Below, piece after piece: positions 17,807 to 27,038 of a stretch of DNA of 35,498 nucleotides (positions are counted from its first letter, which is position 1; each line of letters opens with the position of its first letter). A program made the position numbers and the translations under genes. This DNA comes from Helicobacter sp. (GTDB taxonomy: Bacteria; Campylobacterota; Campylobacteria; Campylobacterales; Helicobacteraceae). The notes under the pieces are model-generated. The model had not been told where the DNA came from, did no database searches, and saw nothing but the letters and a program-made list of their open reading frames with translations. Where the stretch lies: the NCBI GenBank assembly GCA_014799985.1, contig JAAVGZ010000070.1:1-35498 (forward strand), written 5' to 3'.

Positions 17807-19159
17807 TGTTTGCGCCTTCGATTCCGTGTTGGCTGTTGCCACAGGCTGATTGCCCCAAATGCCGCCAAAGAAGCGCTCATAGAATCCGTCAATGTTCGCC
17901 TGCGGTGTGCGCGAGATTCCGAGCGCGCCGCTCGCGACATCTTTGGTAATCGTGCTGCCGGCGGCAACAACAACGCAATCGCCAACGCTCACGGGCGCGA
18001 CAAGCTGCGTGTCGCTGCCGATGAACACGTCTTTGCCAATCACCGTGCGGTGTTTTTGCTTGCCGTCATAGTTGCAGGTAATCACGCCTGCGCCGATGTT
18101 GCTGCCGCTGCCAATCTCGCAATCGCCAAGATAGCTCAAATGCCCCGCTTTGACGCCATGCAGAATCGCCTTTTTGGTCTCGACAAAGTTCCCGATGTGC
18201 GTTTGCGCAATCATGCATTGCGGGCGGATATGCGCGAAGGGTCCCACATCGCTATTCACAATCTTGCTGTCCTCAACCACGCTATGCGCCTTGATGTGCG
18301 CGTTCTCGAGCACGCATGCGCCGAGAATCTGCGCGCCGCTTTCAAGCTCGCATTCGCCGCTAAATTGCGCACGCGAGTCAATGTAGATTGTGTGCGGCAG
18401 GTGCATGCGCACGCCCGCCTTTTGCCAATGCGTGCGGATTTTGTGCAGCATGATTTCTTCGGCGGCGCTCAAATCGAGCTTCGTGTTCACGCCCTTGAAG
18501 TTCTCCTCGTTCACAACGAGCGAAACGAGCTCTTTGGAATCGGCGAGCAGCGCGTGAATGATGTCGGTCAGATAATATTCCTTTTGCGCGTTGTTGTTGG
18601 TGAGCTTTGGCAGATAGGCGCGCAAAATGGGCAGAGGGAAGAGATAGACGCCGGCATTGACGGTCGTGATTTGCCTTTGTTGCTCTGTCGCGTCCTTTTC
18701 CTCGACAATGCCGATGATTTTCTTGCCGTTTAGAATCACGCGCCCATAGCCGCTGCCATCGTCTAGCTCGAGAATGCTCATCACGGTCGATTCTGTGCCA
18801 AAGTCGAGGAATTTGCGCAGCTCATCGGAGCACACGAGCGGCATGTCGCCATTTAGAATGAGCAAGCGTTCATGTTTTGGCTCGTATTGTTGCAAAAACG
18901 ACATGATTGCGCCGCCTGTGCCCGGGAGGTTGTGGTAGTCTTGGCGCACGCAGCGCACGCCGATGAAGTTGTCGCGCACCATCTTTTCGACTTTGTCGGC
19001 ATGGTGAAAGACGAGCACGCTCACATCATCGCTGATTTTCATGGCTTCGTTGATGCTATAATACAACATCTCGCGCCCGCAAAGCTTGTGCAAAACTTTG
19101 GGCGTGCTCGAATGCATGCGGCTTCCTGCACCTGCTGCCAAAACCACAACAGAACACAT
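17597..19159 (-). CDS. glmU: Bifunctional GlmU (UDP-GlcNAc pyrophosphorylase / GlcN-1-P acetyltransferase) fused to a C-terminal ThiS-like domain
   Basis: LAAGAGSRM...PKVLH, GTGGA, NGDMPL, GYGRV, IVEEKDA, EYYLTD, hexapeptide repeats, HLSYLGD, NYDG. aaggag RBS. Frame stays open through the ThiS domain. Confidence 0.95.
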   Translation of the reverse strand: MCSVVVLAAGAGSRMHSSTPKVLHKLCGREMLYYSINEAMKISDDVSVLVFHHADKVEKMVRDNFIGVRCVRQDYHNLPGTGGAIMSFLQQYEPKHERLLILNGDMPLVCSDELRKFLDFGTESTVMSILELDDGSGYGRVILNGKKIIGIVEEKDATEQQRQITTVNAGVYLFPLPILRAYLPKLTNNNAQKEYYLTDIIHALLADSKELVSLVVNEENFKGVNTKLDLSAAEEIMLHKIRTHWQKAGVRMHLPHTIYIDSRAQFSGECELESGAQILGACVLENAHIKAHSVVEDSKIVNSDVGPFAHIRPQCMIAQTHIGNFVETKKAILHGVKAGHLSYLGDCEIGSGSNIGAGVITCNYDGKQKHRTVIGKDVFIGSDTQLVAPVSVGDCVVVAAGSTITKDVASGALGISRTPQANIDGFYERFFGGIWGNQPVATANTESKAQTQLKINGEWQSVEKGLSVQGVLRKLGVDSKVVAIALNGEVLKKEQWSSHTPKEGDELELLHFVGGGRCLP

Positions 19160-19193
19160 TTTCGCTCCTTTGTCTTGTGAGGCTTTTTAGATA

Positions 19194-19218
19194 ATTTTAA
19201 CACAAAATTCTATATAAT
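19194..19218. promoter_or_regulatory. Back-to-back housekeeping promoters for glmU (-) and the stator-fliP operon (+)
   Basis: Minus strand TGtTAAAAT (19202-19194) and plus strand TATAAT (19213-19218) in a 97-bp AT-rich divergent gap. Confidence 0.55.
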
Positions 19219-19256
19219 TGCTGCTTTGTGTAGTTAAGGCACAGGGAGGAATCGTT

Positions 19257-20024
19257 ATGGATTTAGCGTCAGTCATAGGTTTTGTCGCTGTATGGGTGCT
19301 GCTTGGGGCGGCGATGTTGCAAGGAGCTGGGATTGGTCCTTATGTCGACATTCCGTCCGTTCTGATTACTTTTGGTGGTTCGATTTCTGCGTTGATGATT
19401 GCCTACAAAATGGAGCACATCAAGGGCTTCGTGAAGTTCTTCTTGCTCGCGTTCAAACCGCCGCAAACGTTTGATGTCCCTGCGCTTGTCAAAAAATTGG
19501 TCGATTATTCCACGCAGGCGCGCCGCGATGGAATCCTCTCGCTCGAACAAAGCGCCAACCAAGAAGAGAACGACTTCTTGCGCAAGGGCTTGGGAATGGC
19601 GATTGACGGCGGCGAAGCAGACACAATCCGCGAGCTCCTCGAGCTCGACATGGACCAAGCACTTGGGCGACACAAGGACAACGCGAGCGTTTTTGACACA
19701 TGGGGCGCTCTATCAGGGGGGTATGGAATGCTCGGGACGCTGATTGGACTTGTGGCGATGCTTTTGAACATGTCCGACCCAAGCGCGATTGGTCCTGCGA
19801 TGGCGGTGGCGTTGATTACGACTTTCTATGGCTCTCTCATCGGGAACGTGTTGGGCTCGCCTATCGCCCATATCCTCGTGGTGCGTGCGAATGACGAAGC
19901 GCTCGTGCAGCAGCTCATCATCGAGGGAATCATGTCGATTCAGCGCGGCGACAACCCGCGAACGCTCGAGCAAAAGCTGCTCTCGTTCTTGCCACCATCA
20001 CAGCGCGTGAGCCAGTTTGAGTAA
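19257..20024 (+). CDS. motA: Flagellar stator A subunit, PomA/MotP-like
   Basis: MDLASVIG, ARRDGILSLE, FLRKGL...IDG, GMLGTLIGLVAML.NM.DP.AIGPAMAVALITTFYG, IQ.GDNPR. ATG 19257 follows ggagga. Confidence 0.92.
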   Translation: MDLASVIGFVAVWVLLGAAMLQGAGIGPYVDIPSVLITFGGSISALMIAYKMEHIKGFVKFFLLAFKPPQTFDVPALVKKLVDYSTQARRDGILSLEQSANQEENDFLRKGLGMAIDGGEADTIRELLELDMDQALGRHKDNASVFDTWGALSGGYGMLGTLIGLVAMLLNMSDPSAIGPAMAVALITTFYGSLIGNVLGSPIAHILVVRANDEALVQQLIIEGIMSIQRGDNPRTLEQKLLSFLPPSQRVSQFE

Positions 20025-20035
20025 GGAATAGCTAA

Positions 20036-20821
20036 ATGGCAAAATGTGCTCCTTGCGACTGCCCCAGCGTTCTGCCCCCATGGCTTGGAACGTTTGGGGA
20101 CTTGATGAGTCTCTTGCTCACATTCTTTATCCTTTTGCTTTCTATGGCGAGCTTTGACGCCAAGCCGCTCACCGAAGCGGAGGGCAGCATGCGTGGCGCG
20201 CTTAGCATGTTGCCAGGCGGTGTCAAAACCGAGCCGGGCAAAAACCGCACGCAGACGCAAGCCGAGATGATTCCCGAGCCCGAAACGGCGGCTGAAGTCA
20301 AACGTGTCGAGAGTTTGTATGTCGAGTTGCAGCAGATGTTGCAGGTTTCAGACGGGACATCGGACATCACGAGCGATGGCGAGGAGGGCTTTGTGATGCG
20401 CCTGCCTGCGGGGCTTTTGTTTGAGCCCGGGCAGACAAACATCAAAGACCAAGACGGCATGCAATTCATTCGCCGTCTCGCGATGATTGCGCGCAACTAC
20501 CCGCCCAACATCTATGTCGAGGTGCGCGGGCATGTCGATAGCGACCCGCTGCCACCCGATTCTGCCTATGACGACAAATGGACGCTCTCGGCGATGCGCG
20601 CGCTTAGCGTTTCGAAAATCATCAAGCAGCATGGATTCCCAGCCGAGCGGATTCTTACGCTCGGGCGGGGCGACCAAGAGCCGATGAGCCGCTCACGTGA
20701 TGCGCGCAGCAAAGCCGAAAATGACCGTGTCGATGTGTATTTCTATCCCAAACGTCTCGATGAGGGCTTGAGCCCCGAAAAAGTCATCAATAAAAATGTT
20801 TTGCAATCTCCTTCGCGCTAG
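20036..20821 (+). CDS. motB: Flagellar stator B subunit, PomB/MotS-like, with OmpA-like PG-binding domain
   Basis: WLGTFGDLMSLLLTFFILLLSM TM with the conserved Asp. LLF.PG, VRGH.D, W.LS.MRA.SV, NDRVDV. Confidence 0.92.
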   Translation: MAKCAPCDCPSVLPPWLGTFGDLMSLLLTFFILLLSMASFDAKPLTEAEGSMRGALSMLPGGVKTEPGKNRTQTQAEMIPEPETAAEVKRVESLYVELQQMLQVSDGTSDITSDGEEGFVMRLPAGLLFEPGQTNIKDQDGMQFIRRLAMIARNYPPNIYVEVRGHVDSDPLPPDSAYDDKWTLSAMRALSVSKIIKQHGFPAERILTLGRGDQEPMSRSRDARSKAENDRVDVYFYPKRLDEGLSPEKVINKNVLQSPSR

Positions 20822-21656
20822 CGTCATCGCGTTGCTTTTGGGCGCGGCGTTTGCCGCACCGGGCGACCCAATCACGACACCGCAAGTTCCCCAGCCTGTG
20901 CAGCAGATTCAACAAGAAGCACAGACTCGCCGCCAAGCGCCGCCGCTTGCGCCCATTCGCCCCACGCCGCCGTCTGTGAATCTCACCATCGGCGCGCCGA
21001 CCGACCCGGGCGATTTGGTAACCCTGCTCAACATTGTCGCCGTGCTCACACTCTTGGTGCTCGCGCCCTCGCTCATCTTGGTGATGACGAGCTTCGCGCG
21101 CATCGTGATTGTGTTCTCGTTTTTGCGCACCGCGATGGGAACGCAGCAATCCCCACCCACGCAGCTCATTATCTCGCTCGCAATGGTGCTGACATTTTTC
21201 ATCATGGAGCCAGTCGCCAAGCAGAGCTACGAACAAGGAATCCGCCCCTATCTCGACAGGCAGATTAGCTATGATGTCGCGTTCGAGGTCGCCGCGAAGC
21301 CTTTCAAGGATTTCATGATTTACAACACGCGCGAGAAAGACCTCGGCTTGTTCTACCGAATCCGCAACATGGAATCGCCCCAAACGGTCGATGACATTCC
21401 GATTCTCATCGCGTTGCCCGCGTTTATGATTAGCGAAATCAAAACGGCGTTTCAGATTGGATTCTTGCTCTACCTGCCGTTTTTGGCGGTTGATATGGTG
21501 ATTAGCTCGATTCTCATGGCAATGGGTATGATGATGCTTCCCCCCGTGATGATTTCGCTGCCGTTCAAGATTCTTGTTTTCGTGATGGTCGATGGCTTCA
21601 ACCTGCTCACGGGCAACCTTGTCGCGAGCTTCAAATACGCGCCCGGAGCGGGCTAA
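20796..21656 (+). CDS. fliP: Flagellar export apparatus protein FliP
   Basis: Signal peptide, LAPSLILVMTSFARIVIV, PAFMISEIKTAFQIGF, MGMMMLPP.MISLPFK.LVFV.VDG. Exact start uncertain. Confidence 0.95.
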   Translation: MFCNLLRASVIALLLGAAFAAPGDPITTPQVPQPVQQIQQEAQTRRQAPPLAPIRPTPPSVNLTIGAPTDPGDLVTLLNIVAVLTLLVLAPSLILVMTSFARIVIVFSFLRTAMGTQQSPPTQLIISLAMVLTFFIMEPVAKQSYEQGIRPYLDRQISYDVAFEVAAKPFKDFMIYNTREKDLGLFYRIRNMESPQTVDDIPILIALPAFMISEIKTAFQIGFLLYLPFLAVDMVISSILMAMGMMMLPPVMISLPFKILVFVMVDGFNLLTGNLVASFKYAPGAG

Positions 21657-22769
21657 ATGGACTGCTCCTTGCGCGGAATCTGTGGCGGTTGTTCGCTGCG
21701 CTTGCCCTATCGACAGCAGCTCGCAAACAAGGTACAGCATTTCTGCGAGCTCTTTTCAGAGCTGCCAAAGCCCTCTGTGTTCGCCTCTCCTCCCTCTGCC
21801 TTTCGCGCACGTGCCGAGTTTCGCGTGGTTTTTGAGAATGGCAAATTGTCCTACTGCCTTTGTGGCAAAGACAAAAAAATAAAAATTTCATCATGCCCAA
21901 TCCTCTTGCAGCCCTTGCAGCAGCTCTTTTCGCCGCTGCTTGCGCTGCTCGAACAAAGCGAGATTCTCGCGCACAAACTCTTCGGAATCGAGTTCCTCGC
22001 CTCAACGCACAACGAAGTGCTCATGACATTGCTCTATCACAAAAAGCTCGATGATTCGTGGCTCGCGCATGCGCAGAATCTGCTCTTTGCGCTCACGCAA
22101 AGTGTCGATTCGACCATCTCGCTCATCGGGCGTGCGCGCAAACAAAAGGTCGTTTTGGGCGCTTGCTTTGTGCATGAAAGCTTCACGTTCGCGAAGCGGC
22201 GCTATGACTATCGGCATTACGAGAGCGCTTTCACACAGCCCAATCCCTTCGCCAACGCGCAGATGTTGGAGTGGGCATGCGCGCAAAGCGCGGGCGCAGA
22301 GGGCGATTTGCTCGAGCTCTATTGCGGGCTTGGTAATTTCACGATTCCGCTGTCGCGACATTTTGAAAAAGTCCTTGCCACAGAAATCGCCAAGATTTCT
22401 TTGCAGGCACTCGGCGAAAACCTCGCCCTAAATGATGTGCAAAACGTCCAAATCGCGCGCCTAAGCGCGCTTGAGATGCGCGATGCGCTAGACAATGTGC
22501 GCCCCTTTCGCCGTCTCGCGCATGTCGATTTGCCGTCTTATCGATTCGAGACGCTCTTTGTCGACCCGCCTCGCGCGGGGCTTGGCGATTGCGCCGCTTT
22601 TGCGCAGCGCTTCTCGCGCATTCTCTATGTTTCGTGCAACCCCATGACATTGCGCAAAGACCTCGAGACGCTCGCACAGACCCACCATGTGCAAGCACTC
22701 GCCGTGTTCGACCAATTCCCCTACACGCCACATCTCGAGAGCGCCGTTTTGCTCTCGAAAAGCGCCTAG
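21657..22769 (+). CDS. trmA: tRNA/tmRNA (uracil-54 C5)-methyltransferase
   Basis: FRARAEF, FTQPN, DLLELYCG.GNFT, VLATEI, FVDPPRAGL, YVSCNP, DQFPYTPHLE. Confidence 0.93.
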   Translation: MDCSLRGICGGCSLRLPYRQQLANKVQHFCELFSELPKPSVFASPPSAFRARAEFRVVFENGKLSYCLCGKDKKIKISSCPILLQPLQQLFSPLLALLEQSEILAHKLFGIEFLASTHNEVLMTLLYHKKLDDSWLAHAQNLLFALTQSVDSTISLIGRARKQKVVLGACFVHESFTFAKRRYDYRHYESAFTQPNPFANAQMLEWACAQSAGAEGDLLELYCGLGNFTIPLSRHFEKVLATEIAKISLQALGENLALNDVQNVQIARLSALEMRDALDNVRPFRRLAHVDLPSYRFETLFVDPPRAGLGDCAAFAQRFSRILYVSCNPMTLRKDLETLAQTHHVQALAVFDQFPYTPHLESAVLLSKSA

Positions 22770-22778
22770 GCGGTTGTG

Positions 22779-24629
22779 ATGTTCCAAGCGCTTGCCATCA
22801 AATACCGCCCCAAGACCTTTAGCGAGCTCATCGGGCAAGATTCCATTTCGCAAACCCTCTCGCTCGCGCTTGATACGGGGCGCTTGGGGCATGCCTATCT
22901 GTTTTCGGGGCTTCGCGGCAGCGGCAAGACATCGAGCGCGAGAATCTTCGCGAAGTCGCTCAATTGCGACAAGGGACCCACGAGCACGCCATGTGGGGAA
23001 TGCGAGAATTGCCGCGCGGCAGCCAGCGGCAGGCATTTGGACATCATCGAAATGGACGCAGCGAGCAGCCGCAAGATTGATGACATTCGCGACTTGATTG
23101 AGCAGACGCGCTACGCGCCGGCGATGGGGAGATACAAAATTTTCATCATCGATGAAGTGCACATGCTCACAAAGGAATCGTACAACGCGCTGCTCAAGAC
23201 GCTCGAAGAGCCGCCGCAATATGTCAAGTTTATCCTCGCGACAACCGATGTTTTCAACATTCCCCCCACGATTCTAAGCCGCACGCAACACTTCCGCTTC
23301 AAGAAGATACCGCAAAAGGTTGTCGTGGCACATCTCGAGACGATTCTGTCCAAAGAGAACATCGAGGGCGAGACGCAGGCGCTCGAGATGATTGCGCGAA
23401 GCGGCAACGGCAGCCTGCGCGATGCGCTCACGTTGCTCGACCAAGCGATTATCTATTCCAAAGGGCATCTGAACGCGACTTTGGTGGCGCAAATGCTCGG
23501 AATCCTCGACCCCGAGATTCTGCAACGATTCTTCGATGCCATGCTTCGCGGTGAGCGCGGCGAGGTGTTCGCAATCCTCGAAATGCTTGAGGGCTATGAA
23601 TGCGAAATGGTGCTCGAAGAAATGGGGCTCTATCTCAAAGATGTGCTCAAAGACCCAAACGCGCCCCTGTCCTTGCCGCTGCTCGATAGATTCTTTCGCG
23701 TCCTAACCGACAGCACGCAGCTCTTGTTTTTGAACGCCAACAACAGCTTTGTGCTCACGCTCACGGCGCTCAAAATGCTCGAGGCGTTCAAGATTGCAAG
23801 CCTCGATGAGCAGATTGCCAAGCTCGAAAACGAGCTCTTCTCGGGCAGCGTGCCTGTTGCGCCGAGTGTGGCTTTGCCCGCTCCCGCTGCGCCTTTGCCC
23901 CCTGCTGTCGCGGAATCTGCCGCTTCCGATTCCGCTGGCGGCACGTTTGCGCGCGAGCTCTTCGCCGAGCTTGTGCAGAAAATCTATGCGCGCAGCTTCG
24001 AGCTCGGGCAGTGTTTCGAGACGCACATCACGTTTGTGTCGTTTGAAAATAATGAGCTTTGTTGGCGCTCGAGCGCCTCTGGCGCGTGCAAAGAGAGGCT
24101 GCGGCTCGCGTATAGCTTCATTCGCATGTGTGTCGAGGACGTCTATGGCGTTGGGACGAAGATTGTGCCGCAAAAAGTGCCCGCTGGGGCAGAATCTGCG
24201 CCAAAACCTGCCGATTCTATGCCTGCGCCTACGATGTCTCCCGCGCCCGATTCCGCGCCCACCGATTCCGTTGCGCCGCTTGCCCCCGCGCCTGCAAAGC
24301 CCGAGCCCGCGCTGTCTGCCCCCGCGCCCGCCGCGCCACAGCCCATGCCCGAAACTGCTATGCCGCCCGTGCCCGCTGATTCCGCGCCTTTGGCACAATC
24401 TGCCGATTCCGCGCCCGAATCGATTGCGCCCACCGCACCGCCTGCCGCCGCGCCAACGCATGACGCGCAACAATCCGCCGATTCTGCGCCCGCGCTCGAT
24501 TCTGCGCCCGCGCCAAAGCCCAGCGCGACTCCGACCTTCGAGGAGCTCAAAGAGGAGTTCCCGCTGCTTGGCAAAGTCAGCGAGCTTTTGGGAATCAAGC
24601 ATATCGATGTTTCCGATGTGAAGCAATGA
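22779..24629 (+). CDS. dnaX: DNA polymerase III subunit gamma/tau
   Basis: KYRPKTF, FSGLRGSGKTS, Cys4 Zn module, IIDEVHML, NALLKTLEEPP, GSLRDA. Pro/Ala-rich C-terminal region. Alternative GTG start at 22776. Confidence 0.96.
   Translation: MFQALAIKYRPKTFSELIGQDSISQTLSLALDTGRLGHAYLFSGLRGSGKTSSARIFAKSLNCDKGPTSTPCGECENCRAAASGRHLDIIEMDAASSRKIDDIRDLIEQTRYAPAMGRYKIFIIDEVHMLTKESYNALLKTLEEPPQYVKFILATTDVFNIPPTILSRTQHFRFKKIPQKVVVAHLETILSKENIEGETQALEMIARSGNGSLRDALTLLDQAIIYSKGHLNATLVAQMLGILDPEILQRFFDAMLRGERGEVFAILEMLEGYECEMVLEEMGLYLKDVLKDPNAPLSLPLLDRFFRVLTDSTQLLFLNANNSFVLTLTALKMLEAFKIASLDEQIAKLENELFSGSVPVAPSVALPAPAAPLPPAVAESAASDSAGGTFARELFAELVQKIYARSFELGQCFETHITFVSFENNELCWRSSASGACKERLRLAYSFIRMCVEDVYGVGTKIVPQKVPAGAESAPKPADSMPAPTMSPAPDSAPTDSVAPLAPAPAKPEPALSAPAPAAPQPMPETAMPPVPADSAPLAQSADSAPESIAPTAPPAAAPTHDAQQSADSAPALDSAPAPKPSATPTFEELKEEFPLLGKVSELLGIKHIDVSDVKQ
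24180..24535 (+). repeat. Imperfect coding repeat (DSAP units) in the DnaX C-terminal linker
   Basis: Several copies of gattc(c/t)gcgcc(c/t) within a Pro/Ala-rich tract of about 120 aa. Confidence 0.7.
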
Positions 24630-25063
24630 ACGCGACAGAATATGTCTTGAGCCTCGATGCGCTGTTTGCGCCAAACGCGCTGTTTGCCGCAATCGACTCG
24701 TTTCGCGACAGCGGCGGGCATGTCGTGATTCTAAGCGGCGCGCTCGCTTGCGGCAAGACAACATTGGTGCAGGCGTATGCCGCGCAACGCGGAATCTCGG
24801 GCGTCTCCTCGCCCACGTTCGTGCTCGCACAATGCTATGCGGAGGATTTGTGGCATTACGACCTCTATCGCCACCCGATAGAGCAGGCGCTTGCGCTCGG
24901 AATCCTCGATTTGATTAGCGTCAAGGGCTTGCATTTTGTCGAATGGGGAGAAGACTTAGGGGAAATTTGTGCGAAACTCGGTATAATGCCATTATTAAAT
25001 ATTGAGATAATGGAAGCAGCGGCAAATAGGCGCAATTATAGGATTTCGATATGCACATGCTAA
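24626..25063 (+). CDS. tsaE: tRNA threonylcarbamoyladenosine biosynthesis ATPase TsaE
   Basis: [29 protein letters not shown]. Confidence 0.92.
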   Translation: MNATEYVLSLDALFAPNALFAAIDSFRDSGGHVVILSGALACGKTTLVQAYAAQRGISGVSSPTFVLAQCYAEDLWHYDLYRHPIEQALALGILDLISVKGLHFVEWGEDLGEICAKLGIMPLLNIEIMEAAANRRNYRISICTC

Positions 25064-25770
25064 GGGCTTTGCGCGTCAGCAAGCAAATCAAAAAAACTCC
25101 CATCATCAAAGACATTAGCCTCGAAGTCAAAAGCGGCGAGGTGGTCGGGCTTTTGGGACCCAACGGCGCGGGCAAAACAACGACTTTCTATATTTTGTGT
25201 GGAATCTTGCGCGCAAGCAGCGGCGAGATTTTTTTTGACGACAACGAGATTTCGCGCCTGCCGCTGCACACACGCTCGCTCTATGGAATCGGCTATCTGC
25301 CGCAAGAATCGAGCGTTTTTAAAGAGCTCACGGTCGAAGAGAATCTCATGATAGCCGCCGAGATTGCGCTCGCGCCAAACGAGAGGCAGGAGAGAATCGA
25401 GGAGCTGCTAGGCGCGTTCAACATCGAGCCCATTCGCATGCGCAAGGGAATCAGCCTAAGCGGCGGCGAGCGGCGGCGCGTTGAGATTGCGCGCGCGCTT
25501 GTCAAGAAGCCCAAGTTTATCTTGCTCGATGAGCCTTTCGCCGGTGTCGACCCACTCGCTGTGGGCGATATTCAGCAGATTATCGAACAGCTCGTGAGCC
25601 TGCGAATCGGCGTGCTCATCACCGACCACAATGTCCGCGAGATGCTCGATGTCTGCCACCGCGCGTATGTGATTAAGTCGGGCACGCTGCTAGCAGAGGG
25701 CAGCAGCGATGAGATTGGCAACAACGAGCTCGTGCGCAAGCATTACTTGGGGGAGAGTTTTCGGCTATGA
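25051..25770 (+). CDS. lptB: LPS export ABC ATPase LptB
   Basis: [65 protein letters not shown]. Confidence 0.96.
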   Translation: MHMLRALRVSKQIKKTPIIKDISLEVKSGEVVGLLGPNGAGKTTTFYILCGILRASSGEIFFDDNEISRLPLHTRSLYGIGYLPQESSVFKELTVEENLMIAAEIALAPNERQERIEELLGAFNIEPIRMRKGISLSGGERRRVEIARALVKKPKFILLDEPFAGVDPLAVGDIQQIIEQLVSLRIGVLITDHNVREMLDVCHRAYVIKSGTLLAEGSSDEIGNNELVRKHYLGESFRL

Positions 25771-27038
25771 AACTACGCACCAATGTCGCGCTTGCGAACA
25801 AAATCAAGCTTTCTGCCACGCTCCAAAGCTGGCTGCCCATTCTCCAAAGCCCGCTTGATGACTTGGAAAGCACGCTCAACCACATCGCGGCTGATAATCC
25901 TTGCATGCGTGTCGACAACCCGCGCGAACAGACGCTGAATGCGCGCAGCAAGAAGGACAACCGCGCGAGCAGCAGCGGCAGCACGAGCGTGAATGACGCG
26001 ATTGAGCGCTTTTGTGTCGCCAAGAAGAGCCTCTATGAAACATTGATAGACCAGCTCTGCCCCCCGCTGTTTCCCACGCCGCGTTCGGTGAGGATTGCGG
26101 AGGAGATTATCGAGAATCTCGATGAAGACGGCTATTTCGAGGGCGATATGGAGCAAATCGCCGAGCAGCTCGATGTGAGCGTGGCGGAGTGCGAGCGCGT
26201 GCGGGCGCGCTTCGCACATCTCGAGCCAGCGGGAATCGGCGCGGTCGATGTGCTCGAGTCGTTCGCGTTTCAGCTCGAGGCGGCGGATTGCAGCAGCGAA
26301 GTCTATGACCTCTGCCTCGAGATTATGAAAGACCTCGAGCAGCATGCGCGATTCAAGAGGAATCGGCATTACGAAGCGGCGATGAAGGTGATTCAGACAT
26401 TCAAGAATCCCCCCGCGATTGATTATTTTGAAGAGGTGCGTGCGGTTGTGCCCGAGATTTTTGTCATCGAAGAGGGCGGCGAAATCGAGGTGCGCATCAA
26501 TGACGAGCAATACCCGCTCGTGATTATCGAGAATGAAAAAATCGCCAAGAAAGAAAGCTATCTGCGCAACAAGGTCAAAGAGGCAAAAGATTTAATCGAT
26601 GCTTTAGAAATGCGTAAGGCAACACTTTATAAAATTGGGCTAATGATTGTCGAGTATCAATATGAATTTTTCAAAGGTGGCGAGATTCGCCCGATGAAGC
26701 TCAAAGACCTCGCAGACGAGTTCAACCACGCACCCTCAACGATTTCGCGGGCGATTTCGGGCAAATATCTTGAATGCAATCGGGGGATTTTTTCGCTCAA
26801 GAGCTTCTTTGCCACAGCGATTGACGAGGACACATCGAATGCCGCTATCAAAGACTATATCGCCGACCTTGTCAAAAACGAGGAGCGCAAGCGCCCGCTT
26901 AGCGACAACAAGCTCTTGCAGATTGTCGAGGACAAATTTGGCGTCAAGGTTGTGCGGCGCACAATCACGAAATACCGCAAGCAATTGAACATTGCTAGCT
27001 CAAGCGAAAGGAAAAAATTGTATGAAATTTCTTGCTAA
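25767..27038 (+). CDS. rpoN: RNA polymerase sigma-54 factor
   Basis: LPILQ region I, LDEDGY, EPAGIGA, STISRAI..KY, PLSD, RpoN box VRRTITKYR. Follows lptB. Confidence 0.96.
   Translation: MKLRTNVALANKIKLSATLQSWLPILQSPLDDLESTLNHIAADNPCMRVDNPREQTLNARSKKDNRASSSGSTSVNDAIERFCVAKKSLYETLIDQLCPPLFPTPRSVRIAEEIIENLDEDGYFEGDMEQIAEQLDVSVAECERVRARFAHLEPAGIGAVDVLESFAFQLEAADCSSEVYDLCLEIMKDLEQHARFKRNRHYEAAMKVIQTFKNPPAIDYFEEVRAVVPEIFVIEEGGEIEVRINDEQYPLVIIENEKIAKKESYLRNKVKEAKDLIDALEMRKATLYKIGLMIVEYQYEFFKGGEIRPMKLKDLADEFNHAPSTISRAISGKYLECNRGIFSLKSFFATAIDEDTSNAAIKDYIADLVKNEERKRPLSDNKLLQIVEDKFGVKVVRRTITKYRKQLNIASSSERKKLYEISC

Noticed and set aside
21141-21165. Phase-variable poly-C tract in fliP, as in H. pylori
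   Set aside because: The Pro-Pro codons here read tccccacccacg (interrupted). The longest C run I saw in the gene is C6 at 21540-21545, and the frame is intact.
24165-24185. E. coli-type -1 frameshift site generating DnaX gamma
   Set aside because: The sequence is CAA AAA GTG, not A AAA AAG in the required frame, and it is not at the usual position after domain III.
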